The notes below the pieces were generated by a model that did not search any database, was not told the origin of the DNA, and worked only from the letters and a program-made list of their open reading frames with translations. A program made the position numbers and the translations under genes. A stretch of 62,472 nt of DNA from NCBI GenBank assembly GCA_030066875.1, contig JASJAS010000008.1, positions 1 through 62,472 on the forward strand, written 5' to 3'. Position 1 is the first letter of the stretch. Every line of letters starts with the position of its first letter. This document shows positions 50,601-59,714 of this stretch, in pieces. The DNA comes from Acidimicrobiia bacterium. GTDB taxonomy: Bacteria > Actinomycetota > Acidimicrobiia > Spongiisociales > UBA5794.

Positions 50601-51522
50601 TCTGGTGTTCGACATTGGTGGTCGCGGCGACCAGTCGTTCAATGACGCCGCCGCCGCAGGACTCGACCAGGCCACCGCCGAGCTCGGCATCCGCCCATCC
50701 GAAGCCTCGGCCAACCAGGACGGTTCGAACCGGGAGGAACTGTTGGCACTGCAGGCCGACGAGTCCGATCTGGTGTTTGGTGTCGGTTTCTTGTTTGCCG
50801 AACCGATGTTGAGTGTTGCTGAGGCATACCCAGACGTGAGTTTCGCCATCGTTGACGACTCGTCGATCGATCTGCCCAACGTCGCCAACCTGGTGTTTGC
50901 AGAGGAGGAAGGCTCTTATCTTGTCGGTGTCGCTGCCGCGCTCAACAGTCCGAATCTGCGGGTGGGTTTCATCGGGGGAGTCAACATGGAGTTGATCCAG
51001 CGGTTCGAGGCCGGGTTCACCGCGGGAGTCACCGCGGTCAACCCGCTCGTGACCGTCGATGTGCAGTACCTGACGGAACCCCCCGACTTTGCCGGTTTCA
51101 ATGACCCGGCGGCGGCCCGAGTTGTCGCCGAGGCGATGTATCAACGCGGCGCCGATGTGATCTACCACGCCGCCGGCGGATCCGGGGCCGGGCTGTTCCA
51201 GGCGGCCAAGGACTACTCGGAGGCCAACAACACCAAGGTCTGGGCCATCGGGGTGGACTCCGACCAGTATTTGACAGCGGATGAGGGAGTGCGGCCCTAC
51301 ATCTTGACTTCGATGATGAAACGGGTCGATACCGCGGTGTACACAACAGTCCAGGACTTCGTGAGCGGCAGGTTCACGTCGGGAACCACGGTCCTCGACC
51401 TTTCGGTCGATGGGGTCGGCTACGCCACCAGCGGCGGGTTCGTGAACGCCATCATCGACCAGCTCGAGGACTACAAAACCCAGATCATCTACGGAAGTAT
51501 CCAGGTACCGACTGTGCCTTGA
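47668..51522 (+). CDS. Hanks-type Ser/Thr kinase - acidic linker - TM - two ~230 aa repeats - BMP (PnrA/TmpC-like) binding domain
   Basis: LGRGGF, VAVK, HRDVKPAN, DFG, YAPPE; TM at 48988-49050; repeats at 49114-49812 and 49873-50559; BMP motifs GGRGDQSFND, EEEGSYLVG, IYHAAGGSG, AIGVDSDQ, SMMKRVD; leaderless TACACT-N6-ATG. Confidence 0.93.
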   Translation: MAQSAPLDLGIPGLEDAMLLGRGGFAVVYRAYQPAFRRTVAVKVVSVTEVDELTRERFRRECQAMGLLSEHPSIVTVLEAGFLDDGRPFLVMAYMPEGSLQDRLRQGPLGWQEATRIAVKLAGALGTAHQAGVLHRDVKPANVLVSQYGEPQLADFGIARVAGGQETSSGVITASLSYAPPEIVDGQRPSVASDVYSLGATVHALMTGAAPFWKDREDSIAALLNRVMNHPPRDLREFGVPSNVAEVLELTMAKDPQDRPASAAQFGRLLRLAEDENGLRPTQMTVYKPADEPHPPTPPVEAPPTEVAPSIEDSEDFTDSPTDIVDTDEMLTAAATATAAATSINETPSVDGPPTGTVEQDAAETEVIDEQQTAEVVAPVADGLVAAPDVEASEPVVEPEMAPTATVAAASAAAPPDATTDLPAGPEAGQEPEAPGRRRGLWLGVAAVVALLAVVGGFFLTRGGDAGPIDTTIRSTSDGSSDFEPPPWWTADPVLGSAVLVDHESHVDRNFEQLAVGSGPVTGEQRWVAPTPPAWSPEFYHGWMLVGLSEGEQDPYTEQQIEEKRFFREPASAEGDYAAVVRFTPTQLDGYLLFNLEHNSADGSEHRMFSIDLGTNSSGFAFTTQDGDQSGDDPFQRPIELEVDKSYDLALVATTTGAFRALVWPSGEMAAGVDEVAGIETEAGHEFVTDNWIASIGVGPGSAISIDEFWGFRLPTPGGDAAVPDDEAEPGPTITFDFPQWWLADPDWSRAELVDHETHDSYNWVVGDTAASVWHSPPPPPTWRGTFGGGLMTIATERGESDNIGIPIESKRFWRAPTTSTNEYAAVFRLIVNELGDGFQIFIESGAFDAGFFRNVVLVVDGEGQVFAHYSQGDDDSFLIQDLDNPMKLLPGTSYDVALFAEGGGVFNLRLWPTGQSPQELEDVPGIRLELGDEFVVTGGWDPGMDVVAGASVSIDEYWGFELPGAGDEAPLASADVGLVFDIGGRGDQSFNDAAAAGLDQATAELGIRPSEASANQDGSNREELLALQADESDLVFGVGFLFAEPMLSVAEAYPDVSFAIVDDSSIDLPNVANLVFAEEEGSYLVGVAAALNSPNLRVGFIGGVNMELIQRFEAGFTAGVTAVNPLVTVDVQYLTEPPDFAGFNDPAAARVVAEAMYQRGADVIYHAAGGSGAGLFQAAKDYSEANNTKVWAIGVDSDQYLTADEGVRPYILTSMMKRVDTAVYTTVQDFVSGRFTSGTTVLDLSVDGVGYATSGGFVNAIIDQLEDYKTQIIYGSIQVPTVP
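49114..50559 (+). repeat. Two tandem copies of an unrecognised ~230 aa extracellular domain
   Basis: Shared motifs WW.ADP....A.LVDHE.H, IE.KRF.R.P, YAAV.R, SYD.AL.A, WP.G, GI..E.G.EFV, SIDE(F/Y)WGF.LP. Confidence 0.9.
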
Positions 51523-51577
51523 GCGTGGTGCGGAGGGGTGACGGCTAGTCTCGGCTGTGCGCGTTTGCGGAGGGTGG

Positions 51578-53881
51578 ATGGAGTTCAGGATTCTCGGGTC
51601 GCTCGAGATCGAGGCTTCTGACGGATCACCGCTGCAGGTTTCAGGACCCAAGCAACGCGGTCTTCTTGCATTGCTCGTGATTCATGCGAACGAAGTCCTC
51701 TCCACCGATCGGATCATCGATGCGCTCTGGGGGGAGGAGCCTCCGTCAGGAGCCCTGAACTCGTTGCGCTTTCACATTTCCAAGCTCCGGTCGGCTCTCG
51801 GGGATGAGCAGGAGAGGCTGGCAACCAAGGGGCCCGGCTACGTGTTGCTTGCAAGTCCCGGGGAAGTCGACGCGCAACGATTCGAATCTGCAGTGGCCGA
51901 GGCGGTTGCACTGGTTCCCGACAACCCGGAAGCGGCTGTCGCTCGATATCAAGACGCCATCGAGTTGTGGCGGGGTCCCACCCTCGCCGATTTCGAATAC
52001 GAGGACTTCGCTCGCACCGAAATCGCCCGATTGCGGGAGCTGCGTCTCGCCGCCGTCGAGGGAAGGTTCGAAGCAGAGCTCGCTGCCGGTCGTCATGACG
52101 AGTTGGTAGGAGAATTGCGCACACTGGTTGACGAGCATCCCCTACGCGAGCGGCTCTGGGCCTCACTGATGACTGCGCTGTACCGCAGTGGCCGCCAGGC
52201 GGAAGCTCTCCGGGCGTATCAGGAAGCGCGCTCCACGCTGGGTGATGAACTCGGCATTGAGCCCTCCGAGGAGCTACGTGATCTCGAGGAGAAGGTGCTC
52301 CTCCAGGACGAATCAATCAAGACCCCGGACGCCCCTCGTCGCGCGCACAACCTTCCCGCCAGAGTCAGTCGCTTCGTTGGCCGTGATCAGGAGATCTCGA
52401 CCATCGGCAAGCTGCTTGGTCGGAGCCGGTTGGTAACGCTCATGGGCGTTGGTGGTGTCGGTAAGACGAGTCTTGCTCTCGAGGTTGCCGGGCGTCACGT
52501 CGACGAGTTCCGGGACGGTGTCTGGTTGGTCGACCTGGCGACGGTGACGGACGCTACTGGGGTGTTGGTTGCTGCTGCGGAAGCCCTTCGAGTGCGCACC
52601 CGATCTTCCGAGCACATCCTCGCCGACATCCAGCTGCGGATGGCCAACACCGAAGTGCTTGTCATCTTGGACAACTGCGAACACGTAATCGCTGCCGCGG
52701 CTGATCTCGCCGCCGACCTCCTTGCGAAGTGCCCTGGAGTGAAGATTCTGGCCACAAGCCGGGAACTGCTGTCAGTTCCCGGCGAGATCACCTTTGGTGT
52801 GTCGCCGATGACGCTCGGCGATGACCATGTTGCGGGCGATGCTGTCGCGCTGTTCACCGACCGGCTTGAGGCCTTCTTGCCGGGCACCGGCCTAGGCGAT
52901 GAAGAGCAGCAGACGGTGTACCGGATTTGTCGTGCGGTCGATGGCTTGCCTCTCGCAATCGAGCTCGCCGCCGCCCGCACCCGTGCCCTCTCGCTCGACG
53001 AAGTGGAACGTCGCCTGAGTGACCGCTTTGCACTGCTGGCCGGGGGCAGCCGAACCGCAGCCCCCCGGCAGCGAACTCTGCGGGCAACCATCGACTGGAG
53101 CTACGACTTGCTCTCGGACTCCGAGCAAGGGCTCTTTGCCGTGTTGTCGGTGCTGCCGGGCTCGTTCACCGCCGAAGCTGTGGAAGCGATTGTTCGAGCA
53201 GGCAAGTGGGAAGATGATGCGCTCGACCTGCTCGCAGCCCTGGTAGACAAGTCGTTGGTCGCCCGGATCGGCGGCCGCTACTACCTGCTGCCTACGTTGC
53301 GGCGCTACGCCGCCGGGAAGGTAGACGGGAAAGCGATAGCACGAACGAGGCGCGTCCTGGTCGAACACTATGCCGGACTCGCTTCCCGGCTCGAAGACAG
53401 CTTCTTTGCCACAGAAGAGCCTCAGTTAGCCGAGCACGTTGTCGACGAACGCTCCAATATGCGATCGGCCTTGGCGTGGTCAATGGAAAGCGGTGACACG
53501 GATGCGGCGCTGACTGTTGCTGCGTCTCTGGCCTTCTATTGGATCCGATCGGGCGTTTGGACAGAGGGCTGGTTGAGACGGGGAGTAGGTGCCGGGGACG
53601 ATGTTCCACAGACGGTCCAGCTCCAGGAGGGATTGTTGCTGCTGGAAGGGATTGCGGAACCGGCCGACGCTCTAGCGGCCCTTGCGCAGCTAGTCGAGAA
53701 GGAGGGCGAGGCGGCTAGAGCCACCCGTCTCCTCGGAGCTGCGCACCAGATCCGCCATGACCTCGGCCACGAGCCACCGCGGGCGGAAGACGACCTCGCG
53801 GGCCGTCTGGAGCTCGCTCTAGGCAAGGAGTCGTTTGACGACGAGTGGCAAGCAGGACGAACTGTGGCGCAGCGCCGGTGA
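51578..53881 (+). CDS. SARP (wHTH-BTAD) - STAND ATPase regulator (AfsR-like) with a short C terminus
   Basis: MEFRILGSLE, LVDEHPLRERLW, ALYRSGRQAEAL, HNLPARVSRFVGR, GVGGVGKTSLA, LDNCEHV, DGLPLAIELAAAR. Confidence 0.93.
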   Translation: MEFRILGSLEIEASDGSPLQVSGPKQRGLLALLVIHANEVLSTDRIIDALWGEEPPSGALNSLRFHISKLRSALGDEQERLATKGPGYVLLASPGEVDAQRFESAVAEAVALVPDNPEAAVARYQDAIELWRGPTLADFEYEDFARTEIARLRELRLAAVEGRFEAELAAGRHDELVGELRTLVDEHPLRERLWASLMTALYRSGRQAEALRAYQEARSTLGDELGIEPSEELRDLEEKVLLQDESIKTPDAPRRAHNLPARVSRFVGRDQEISTIGKLLGRSRLVTLMGVGGVGKTSLALEVAGRHVDEFRDGVWLVDLATVTDATGVLVAAAEALRVRTRSSEHILADIQLRMANTEVLVILDNCEHVIAAAADLAADLLAKCPGVKILATSRELLSVPGEITFGVSPMTLGDDHVAGDAVALFTDRLEAFLPGTGLGDEEQQTVYRICRAVDGLPLAIELAAARTRALSLDEVERRLSDRFALLAGGSRTAAPRQRTLRATIDWSYDLLSDSEQGLFAVLSVLPGSFTAEAVEAIVRAGKWEDDALDLLAALVDKSLVARIGGRYYLLPTLRRYAAGKVDGKAIARTRRVLVEHYAGLASRLEDSFFATEEPQLAEHVVDERSNMRSALAWSMESGDTDAALTVAASLAFYWIRSGVWTEGWLRRGVGAGDDVPQTVQLQEGLLLLEGIAEPADALAALAQLVEKEGEAARATRLLGAAHQIRHDLGHEPPRAEDDLAGRLELALGKESFDDEWQAGRTVAQRR

Positions 53882-53884
53882 GCC

Positions 53885-53901
53885 CTCAACAAGTTCTCAA
53901 C
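53885..53901 (+). promoter_or_regulatory. Two CTCAAC direct repeats at 11 bp spacing
   Basis: CTCAAC at 53885 and 53896, upstream of the amino-acid SBP gene. Confidence 0.6.
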
Positions 53902-53926
53902 GGAACCGGCGCAAAGTAAGGGCGTT
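53902..53926 (+). promoter_or_regulatory. Candidate ECF sigma (SigH/SigE/SigR-like) promoter
   Basis: GGAAC-N17-GTT immediately after the CTCAAC repeats. Confidence 0.3.
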
Positions 53927-53949
53927 ACGAAGGTGAAAGGAGATATCTG

Positions 53950-55035
53950 ATGATCCGGCGACTGGCGCTAGTAGCCGTCCTTTTGCTCATCGGGCCTGCT
54001 TGCAGTGGTGACGACCAGACCGTCGCTGAAACCACCACGACTCAGGTGACGACTACGACGGTCGCCGAAGCCGGCCCCACCGAAACCCTGGAGATCGTGC
54101 GCGCCCGGGACCGGCTGGTCTGCGGACACGGTCTAGGGATCCCTGGTTTCGCCGACTTGGGACCGCGCGGCGAGCTCACCGGTCTCATGCTCGATTTCTG
54201 CCGCGCGGTTGCAACTGCGGTTGTCGGAGATGCAGCCAAGGTGGATTGGGTCTCCCTGGAGCCCAGTGAGATGATCGATGTCCTGGCTCAAGGTGATGTG
54301 GACTTACTGACCCACTTCACCACCTGGACCTTCAGTCGGGACAACGCTTCTCCGGTCGATTTCGGTCCAACGTACTTCTTTGATGGACTCGGGATTCTGG
54401 TTGCGGCCGCGGAGCATCAGGCGTCCGATGGCTTGGACTCGCTGCAGGGCGAGACGGTCTGCACCGTCGCAGGGACAACAAGCGAAGCGAACCTACGGTC
54501 GGCGGCTGAACACGCAGGAGTCGTGCTCGACATCCGAACCTTCCCGGACCCCTTCCAGATCTGGGACGCCTTCCGGGCCGGAGAGTGCGAGGCCAACGTA
54601 GGGGAGCGTTCGGTGCTCTTTCTGACGCGCGGCGAGCACTTCGACTCGCCCGAGGATGGGCTGGTGCTCGACCTCGTTCTGGCGCAGGAGCCACTTGGTC
54701 CGGTTTACCGGGAGGGTGACCCCACGTGGGCGGACATCGTCAACTGGACCATGTATGCCCTGCTGGTAGCCGAGGAGAAGGGGCTGACGAGCGAGAATAT
54801 CGAAGAGAGGGTGGCGACGAGCACCGATCCTGAAGTCCTGGCGCTATTCGCTGGCCAAGGGCTCTCGCTGTCTGAGTCGATGGATTTGGATCGCGAGGCC
54901 TTCCGAAGGGTGATCAGGGTTCTCGGCAACTATGACGAGATCTTCGAACGCAACCTCGCCCCGCTGGGTGTGAGTCGAGGGCTGAATGCATTGTGGCGTG
55001 ATGGCGGGCTGATGTTTGCACCGCCGGCGCGCTAG
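53950..55035 (+). CDS. Orphan AapJ/BztA-like amino-acid ABC substrate-binding lipoprotein
   Basis: GPA|C lipobox, DFCRAVATAV, TTWTFSRD, FGPTYFFDG, VCTVAGTTSE, EPLGPV, WADIVNW, GNYDEIFERNL, WRDGGLMFAPP; no permease nearby. Confidence 0.92.
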   Translation: MIRRLALVAVLLLIGPACSGDDQTVAETTTTQVTTTTVAEAGPTETLEIVRARDRLVCGHGLGIPGFADLGPRGELTGLMLDFCRAVATAVVGDAAKVDWVSLEPSEMIDVLAQGDVDLLTHFTTWTFSRDNASPVDFGPTYFFDGLGILVAAAEHQASDGLDSLQGETVCTVAGTTSEANLRSAAEHAGVVLDIRTFPDPFQIWDAFRAGECEANVGERSVLFLTRGEHFDSPEDGLVLDLVLAQEPLGPVYREGDPTWADIVNWTMYALLVAEEKGLTSENIEERVATSTDPEVLALFAGQGLSLSESMDLDREAFRRVIRVLGNYDEIFERNLAPLGVSRGLNALWRDGGLMFAPPAR

Positions 55036-58000
55036 CCCTCCGATCCAGCCTGCCCTTTCGACCAGGCTTCGTACGCCTGCCAGTCGGCTTCGATGAGCGA
55101 GAAGATGGCTTCGACCCCACCAAGTTCGCCGGCGTGGATTTCAGCAATGCCGGCCAGGAAGCTCCCCGGGGTCCCCAACTCGAATATGTACCCGGGGTGG
55201 AGTTCCCGCATTGATCCCGGGCCCGCGGTGCCGATTGCGCCCGGCATAAGGTCCGACCCGTCGAAGCGGAAACGATTCTGCTGCAGCCCGCTGCGAATCA
55301 GCTCCCGGGCGTGTTGCTGAAGGGGGTCTGCAGCGGTAGGGGGGTCATTGTCGAGGTGAGGAAGCGACGACCACAAGCCTGGGTAGTCGGACGATGCGAG
55401 AAAGCGCATCAATTCCCGAATCTCGGGCCTGTCGCGCATCGCCATGATCATTTCGCCACCGCCGAGGATGTAAGGCGACCGTTCTTCGGAGATCGGGGGG
55501 AGCGGAAACATGTCGTAGCCAATGCCGAACTCCAGATCCGGAGGCGGTGCTGGTCCCATGTACATGGCGCAGCCAGGAGGGTCGGAGGCGAACAGGCGAT
55601 GGACCTCCTCGAAGTCGATCAGCAACACGCCTCCTTCGCCTGTTTCCACAAGACCCTCACCAAGTGCGATCTTCGCAAACTCCTCTCCGGCAGACACGAT
55701 GTCCGGATGATCAAACGGTATGTCGTTGCGTATCCACTGGTCGTAGATCGCCGCGCCGGAGTTCGCCAGCACCAGGCTCTCAACCCAGTCGGTTCCCGGC
55801 GCGCCAGTCCAGTGCCCCAGGAATTCGCCCATGCACCATGGGCCCTGGCCATCCGCAGCCAGACGCTCGGTCACCGCCAGCAACTCACCCCAAGTTTGCG
55901 GGACGTCATAGCCGGCGGCGCTGAAGACGTCCGCCCGGTAGAACACGAGGTTCTTGATGCTGAGCTGTGACCACAAACCGAGGGTGGATCCCGAGGTGGC
56001 AGGCCATTCTCCCGATTCGCCGATCGTGACTAGCGAGAGCAAGTAGTCACCGTATCGGTCGCCCAGGGCACCTCGGTCGAGGTACATCCCGATGTCGATC
56101 ACTGTGTCCGTACCAGCGGAGACAATCCGGCCCGGATCGCTTGCGACGACCAGGTCGGGCAAGAACTGTGGTGGGCTGTTCCCGGTAAAAAGCCCAGTCT
56201 CGTATTCGATCTCTATCCCGGTCGATTCTTGGAATTCGCCGAGGGCCGCGGCGAATCCGGAAACCTTGGGTTCGCCCCAGAACGGATCCCGCAGCACTGC
56301 AGTCGTGCCGGCCAGAGGCTGGTTGGGATCTGCGGTGTCACCGTTCGGCTCGACAACGGCCGTCATCAGAACCGTGGTGTCGGAGAGCGAGCATGATGCG
56401 GTCTGGAAGTATGTCAGGCACTCGGAGTTGCCGAAGACCCTACCGTCGGCGGCTAGCGTCAGTGCCTCGGCCACCCACGACAGCGGAACGTCGTATAGCC
56501 CCTGCGGACCGTCCGGGCCGGGACGCACTAACACGGGGCCGCCGTCGGCGGGGTACGGGACTTGCGAGGCTTGCAGCGTCCAATGCATGGCATCCCTGAC
56601 CTCGGGCAGCACCTCACCCGAGATGTCGGCTGTGACTGTTGCGGCCTCGAGGCTCAGCAATGCTGCCAATTGCGGGTCGATCGTCAGTCGATCGAGTGCC
56701 GCAGCAGCCAACTCGCGGGCCCGGGGCGTCGCCTCCACCAATGCCAGCTCCCGTTGCCGATCGGCCTCGCGTCGTTGCGCAACCGCAAAGACCGTAAGCG
56801 TCACCGCCGTCACGATGGCGGTGGCCAGCACGGCGACCAGCCCCCAGGTACGCCGCTTCGACCGCCGCTCGAGCCGTAGTTGTGCCGCTACCCGGGCTCG
56901 CTCGATTTCCTCGGCCTCTTCCCGGGCACCCACACTCGCCTGCAAGAAGGTCCGCTCGGCAGCAGTGAGGGCAATCTCCGAATCCTCCGCCCAGACGGCA
57001 AGCCGGTCGAGGGCGCCACCGCTGAGCAAGTAGTCGTCACTGCGATCCGCTTCGACCCACTCGCGGCATGCCGCAGTGAGTCTGCGGTGGGAGCGAACAT
57101 CATCGCGATGATCCTCGATCCATTGGCGCAGCCGAGACCATTCGCGAAGCAGCGCTTCGTGCGCGACCTCGACGGTCGCCGCTCGGGTCCGCGGATCGCG
57201 ATCGAAAGAGAGCAGACGGTACCTGCCAAAAGCTTCAAGCACGTCCTGTGTTGCCTTATGGAAGCCGAAGATGGAGTCGAGTTCACCCCGCCGCACCCTG
57301 CGCCGAGAGTCCTCGGCGCCCTCCTCGACCGTCACCAGTCTGAGGAAGATTTGACGGGCAGCGGCCTGAGCGGCCGCCGACAAGGATTCGAAGACCTGTT
57401 CGGCCCGGGTCGCCAAAGCTGCCGAGACACCTCCTGAAGCGTCGTAGGCAGCAGCCGGTATCAGGTGCCCGTCGCGGCGCTCGAAGGCCTCGGTCATCGC
57501 ATATTGAACGAGCGGGAGCATCCCGGGCTGACCGGCAACATCTCCGGCGATTCGTTCTGCGAGACCGGGTTCGAGGCCAACGCCAATCGTTCGCGCCGGC
57601 TCGGATATGGCCCGCAGCATCTCTGCTGCGCTGAGTGGCATCACTGTGACCATCTGACTGCGCACCAACTCGCCAAACCCGGCGTACTGAAGTGGCCGGT
57701 CGTAGAAGTCGGCCCGCAACGTGATCACGACGCGAACGCGGTTGCGTTCGTCGGCCACGGTCTCAGCCAGCATGTGGAGAAAGGCAGAGCGGGTCGCTTC
57801 GTCTTCGACCAACGTGAACAATTCCTCGAATTGGTCCACCACCAGCAGCAGCTCTGCGGAGTCATCACGCAGAATGGCCGCCGCTGCTGCAGACAGGACG
57901 GTGAGATCAACGGAGGCGTGTTCGCCGGCTGAGATGCGACGCAATGCCGCGGCAAGTGCATCGAACGGGTACTGACCTGGATACATGGAGACGATGAACC

Positions 58001-59714
58001 ACCGGTTTGATCCGGGCACGGCTCCTCTTCGCAGCGCAGGGATCAGACCCGCGTTGACGGCACTCGATTTCCCGGACCCGCTCGGACCAACCACCGCGAG
58101 GAAGCGACCTGTCGGGCCGCGTTGTGAGAGGAAGTCCACAAGGTCGGCGGTCAGCCTCTCGCGGCCGAAGAACACGCCGGCGTCTCCTTCTGCGAAGGGG
58201 CGTAGGCCCAGATATGGGTTGGGCAGGTCGGCGTCTCCGGCGGGCGTTGGCTTTGCCCGCCCGGCCGCCTCGCCGAAGGACGCGACGAATTCCAAAGCCG
58301 ACATCGATTCGCCGGCCGCTGTCGCTTCGGCCAGTTCGCGGAGAGCCGGGGACGCACCCTCCATGGAGTCGAGGATCGATAGGACGACTCGAGCCAATCC
58401 GGCAACGTCCGCTGACATCACAGCGTCGCGGTCCGTGCCAGTCGCCGCATCCGCGGCGAGGTCACGGGCGACACCGAAGTCCGATAGATAGGCGTTACGA
58501 TCCTCGTCGAAGAGGATGTTCGAGCCTTTCACATCGCCGTGAACGACACCCTGTCGATGGGCGGCGTCCAAACCGCCCCCGACCTGTTCAACCATCCTGA
58601 ACAGCGCATCCCAGGTCCATGCTGAGGTGACGCTGGCAGCGCTGCCTCCACGAAAGAGACGCATCACGATGAAGGCGCCCCGGGGCTCCCTCCAGAAGTC
58701 ATAAAGCGGCACGATATGGGGGTGCTCCAACCTGGCAACCAACTGGGCCTCTGCATCGAAGGCACGGACAAAGGCGGGATCGTCGGCGAACCTGGGCCGG
58801 ATCACCTTCACTGCGACCTCGCGTCCGATTGAGTGCTGGTAGGCGACGTGGACCTCTCCAAAGCGACCGGCACCGATTTGTTCCCTGAGCTCGTACCCAC
58901 GTATGGAGCGCCCGGTAGCCGCAGCGGTCTCGGTGGGCTCGAGAACCGACACTGGACCGGATGGGGTCACGTTGAGAGAGGCGTCCTGCATCAAGATCTG
59001 CCGCTCGAGCTCCTTTAGCTCTGGAGAAGGATCGATCCCTAGTTCCTCGACCAGCGTCCGGCGGGTACGTTCATACGCGCGGAGCGCTTCGGACTGTCGC
59101 CCGGAGCGATACAAGGCAAGCATGAGCTGCCCACCGAACCGCTCTCGGAGCGGGTACTCCTGCACCAGAGTTTCGAGTTCGCCAACCAACCCGCTGTCGT
59201 AACCCAATGCCAGCTCTGCATCGATGCGGTACTCGATCGCGGTGAGCCGAAGTTCGTCGAGGCGGGTGATCTCTGGGCGCAACGCCGGTTCACCGCCGAG
59301 GTCTGCATAGGGTGCGCCCTGCCACAGCTCCAATGCTTCCCAGAGCATCCGGGTAGCGGCTGCCGGGTCGGCATCGATGACTGCTCGCGCCTGCGTCGTG
59401 AGCGCGGAGAAACGATGAGCGTCGATCAGCTCAGGCTCAACCGTGATTACGTAGCCGGGATCCTTGCGGAGCAAGGTCTCCGGTCGAGCGCCCTCGATGG
59501 CGCGCCGCAGGTGCGAAACGTAGGACTGCAGAGTTCGCTTCGCTCCTTCGGCGGGCTCGCCACGCCAAACATCTTCTAGGAGGCGATCGGTCGACACCAC
59601 CTCGTTGGCATGGGCGAGAAGGAGAGCGAGTACCAGGCGCTGCCGCGGGCCACCCAGGGGCAGCCGTTCACCCTCGTGATGGACCTCGAGAGGCCCCAGC
59701 ACCCGAAAATCCAC
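55032..59714 (-). CDS. SARP - degenerate Ser/Thr kinase - nSTAND1-type NTPase - TM - extracellular family-1 (AglE-like) solute-binding domain
   Basis: MDFRVLGPLE/BTAD; VAVK, HGDVKGSN, DFG; NPYLGLRPF, GPSGSGKSS, VVDQFEELF, LRADFY, VAHEALL..W; one TM; SIKNLVFY...VPQTWGEL...PWCMG...TDWVE..YDQW..IPFDHP. Confidence 0.9.
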   Translation of the reverse strand: MDFRVLGPLEVHHEGERLPLGGPRQRLVLALLLAHANEVVSTDRLLEDVWRGEPAEGAKRTLQSYVSHLRRAIEGARPETLLRKDPGYVITVEPELIDAHRFSALTTQARAVIDADPAAATRMLWEALELWQGAPYADLGGEPALRPEITRLDELRLTAIEYRIDAELALGYDSGLVGELETLVQEYPLRERFGGQLMLALYRSGRQSEALRAYERTRRTLVEELGIDPSPELKELERQILMQDASLNVTPSGPVSVLEPTETAAATGRSIRGYELREQIGAGRFGEVHVAYQHSIGREVAVKVIRPRFADDPAFVRAFDAEAQLVARLEHPHIVPLYDFWREPRGAFIVMRLFRGGSAASVTSAWTWDALFRMVEQVGGGLDAAHRQGVVHGDVKGSNILFDEDRNAYLSDFGVARDLAADAATGTDRDAVMSADVAGLARVVLSILDSMEGASPALRELAEATAAGESMSALEFVASFGEAAGRAKPTPAGDADLPNPYLGLRPFAEGDAGVFFGRERLTADLVDFLSQRGPTGRFLAVVGPSGSGKSSAVNAGLIPALRRGAVPGSNRWFIVSMYPGQYPFDALAAALRRISAGEHASVDLTVLSAAAAAILRDDSAELLLVVDQFEELFTLVEDEATRSAFLHMLAETVADERNRVRVVITLRADFYDRPLQYAGFGELVRSQMVTVMPLSAAEMLRAISEPARTIGVGLEPGLAERIAGDVAGQPGMLPLVQYAMTEAFERRDGHLIPAAAYDASGGVSAALATRAEQVFESLSAAAQAAARQIFLRLVTVEEGAEDSRRRVRRGELDSIFGFHKATQDVLEAFGRYRLLSFDRDPRTRAATVEVAHEALLREWSRLRQWIEDHRDDVRSHRRLTAACREWVEADRSDDYLLSGGALDRLAVWAEDSEIALTAAERTFLQASVGAREEAEEIERARVAAQLRLERRSKRRTWGLVAVLATAIVTAVTLTVFAVAQRREADRQRELALVEATPRARELAAAALDRLTIDPQLAALLSLEAATVTADISGEVLPEVRDAMHWTLQASQVPYPADGGPVLVRPGPDGPQGLYDVPLSWVAEALTLAADGRVFGNSECLTYFQTASCSLSDTTVLMTAVVEPNGDTADPNQPLAGTTAVLRDPFWGEPKVSGFAAALGEFQESTGIEIEYETGLFTGNSPPQFLPDLVVASDPGRIVSAGTDTVIDIGMYLDRGALGDRYGDYLLSLVTIGESGEWPATSGSTLGLWSQLSIKNLVFYRADVFSAAGYDVPQTWGELLAVTERLAADGQGPWCMGEFLGHWTGAPGTDWVESLVLANSGAAIYDQWIRNDIPFDHPDIVSAGEEFAKIALGEGLVETGEGGVLLIDFEEVHRLFASDPPGCAMYMGPAPPPDLEFGIGYDMFPLPPISEERSPYILGGGEMIMAMRDRPEIRELMRFLASSDYPGLWSSLPHLDNDPPTAADPLQQHARELIRSGLQQNRFRFDGSDLMPGAIGTAGPGSMRELHPGYIFELGTPGSFLAGIAEIHAGELGGVEAIFSLIEADWQAYEAWSKGQAGSEG

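Noticed and set aside
50587-51651. 354 aa minus-strand ORF
   Set aside because: Antisense to the BMP domain
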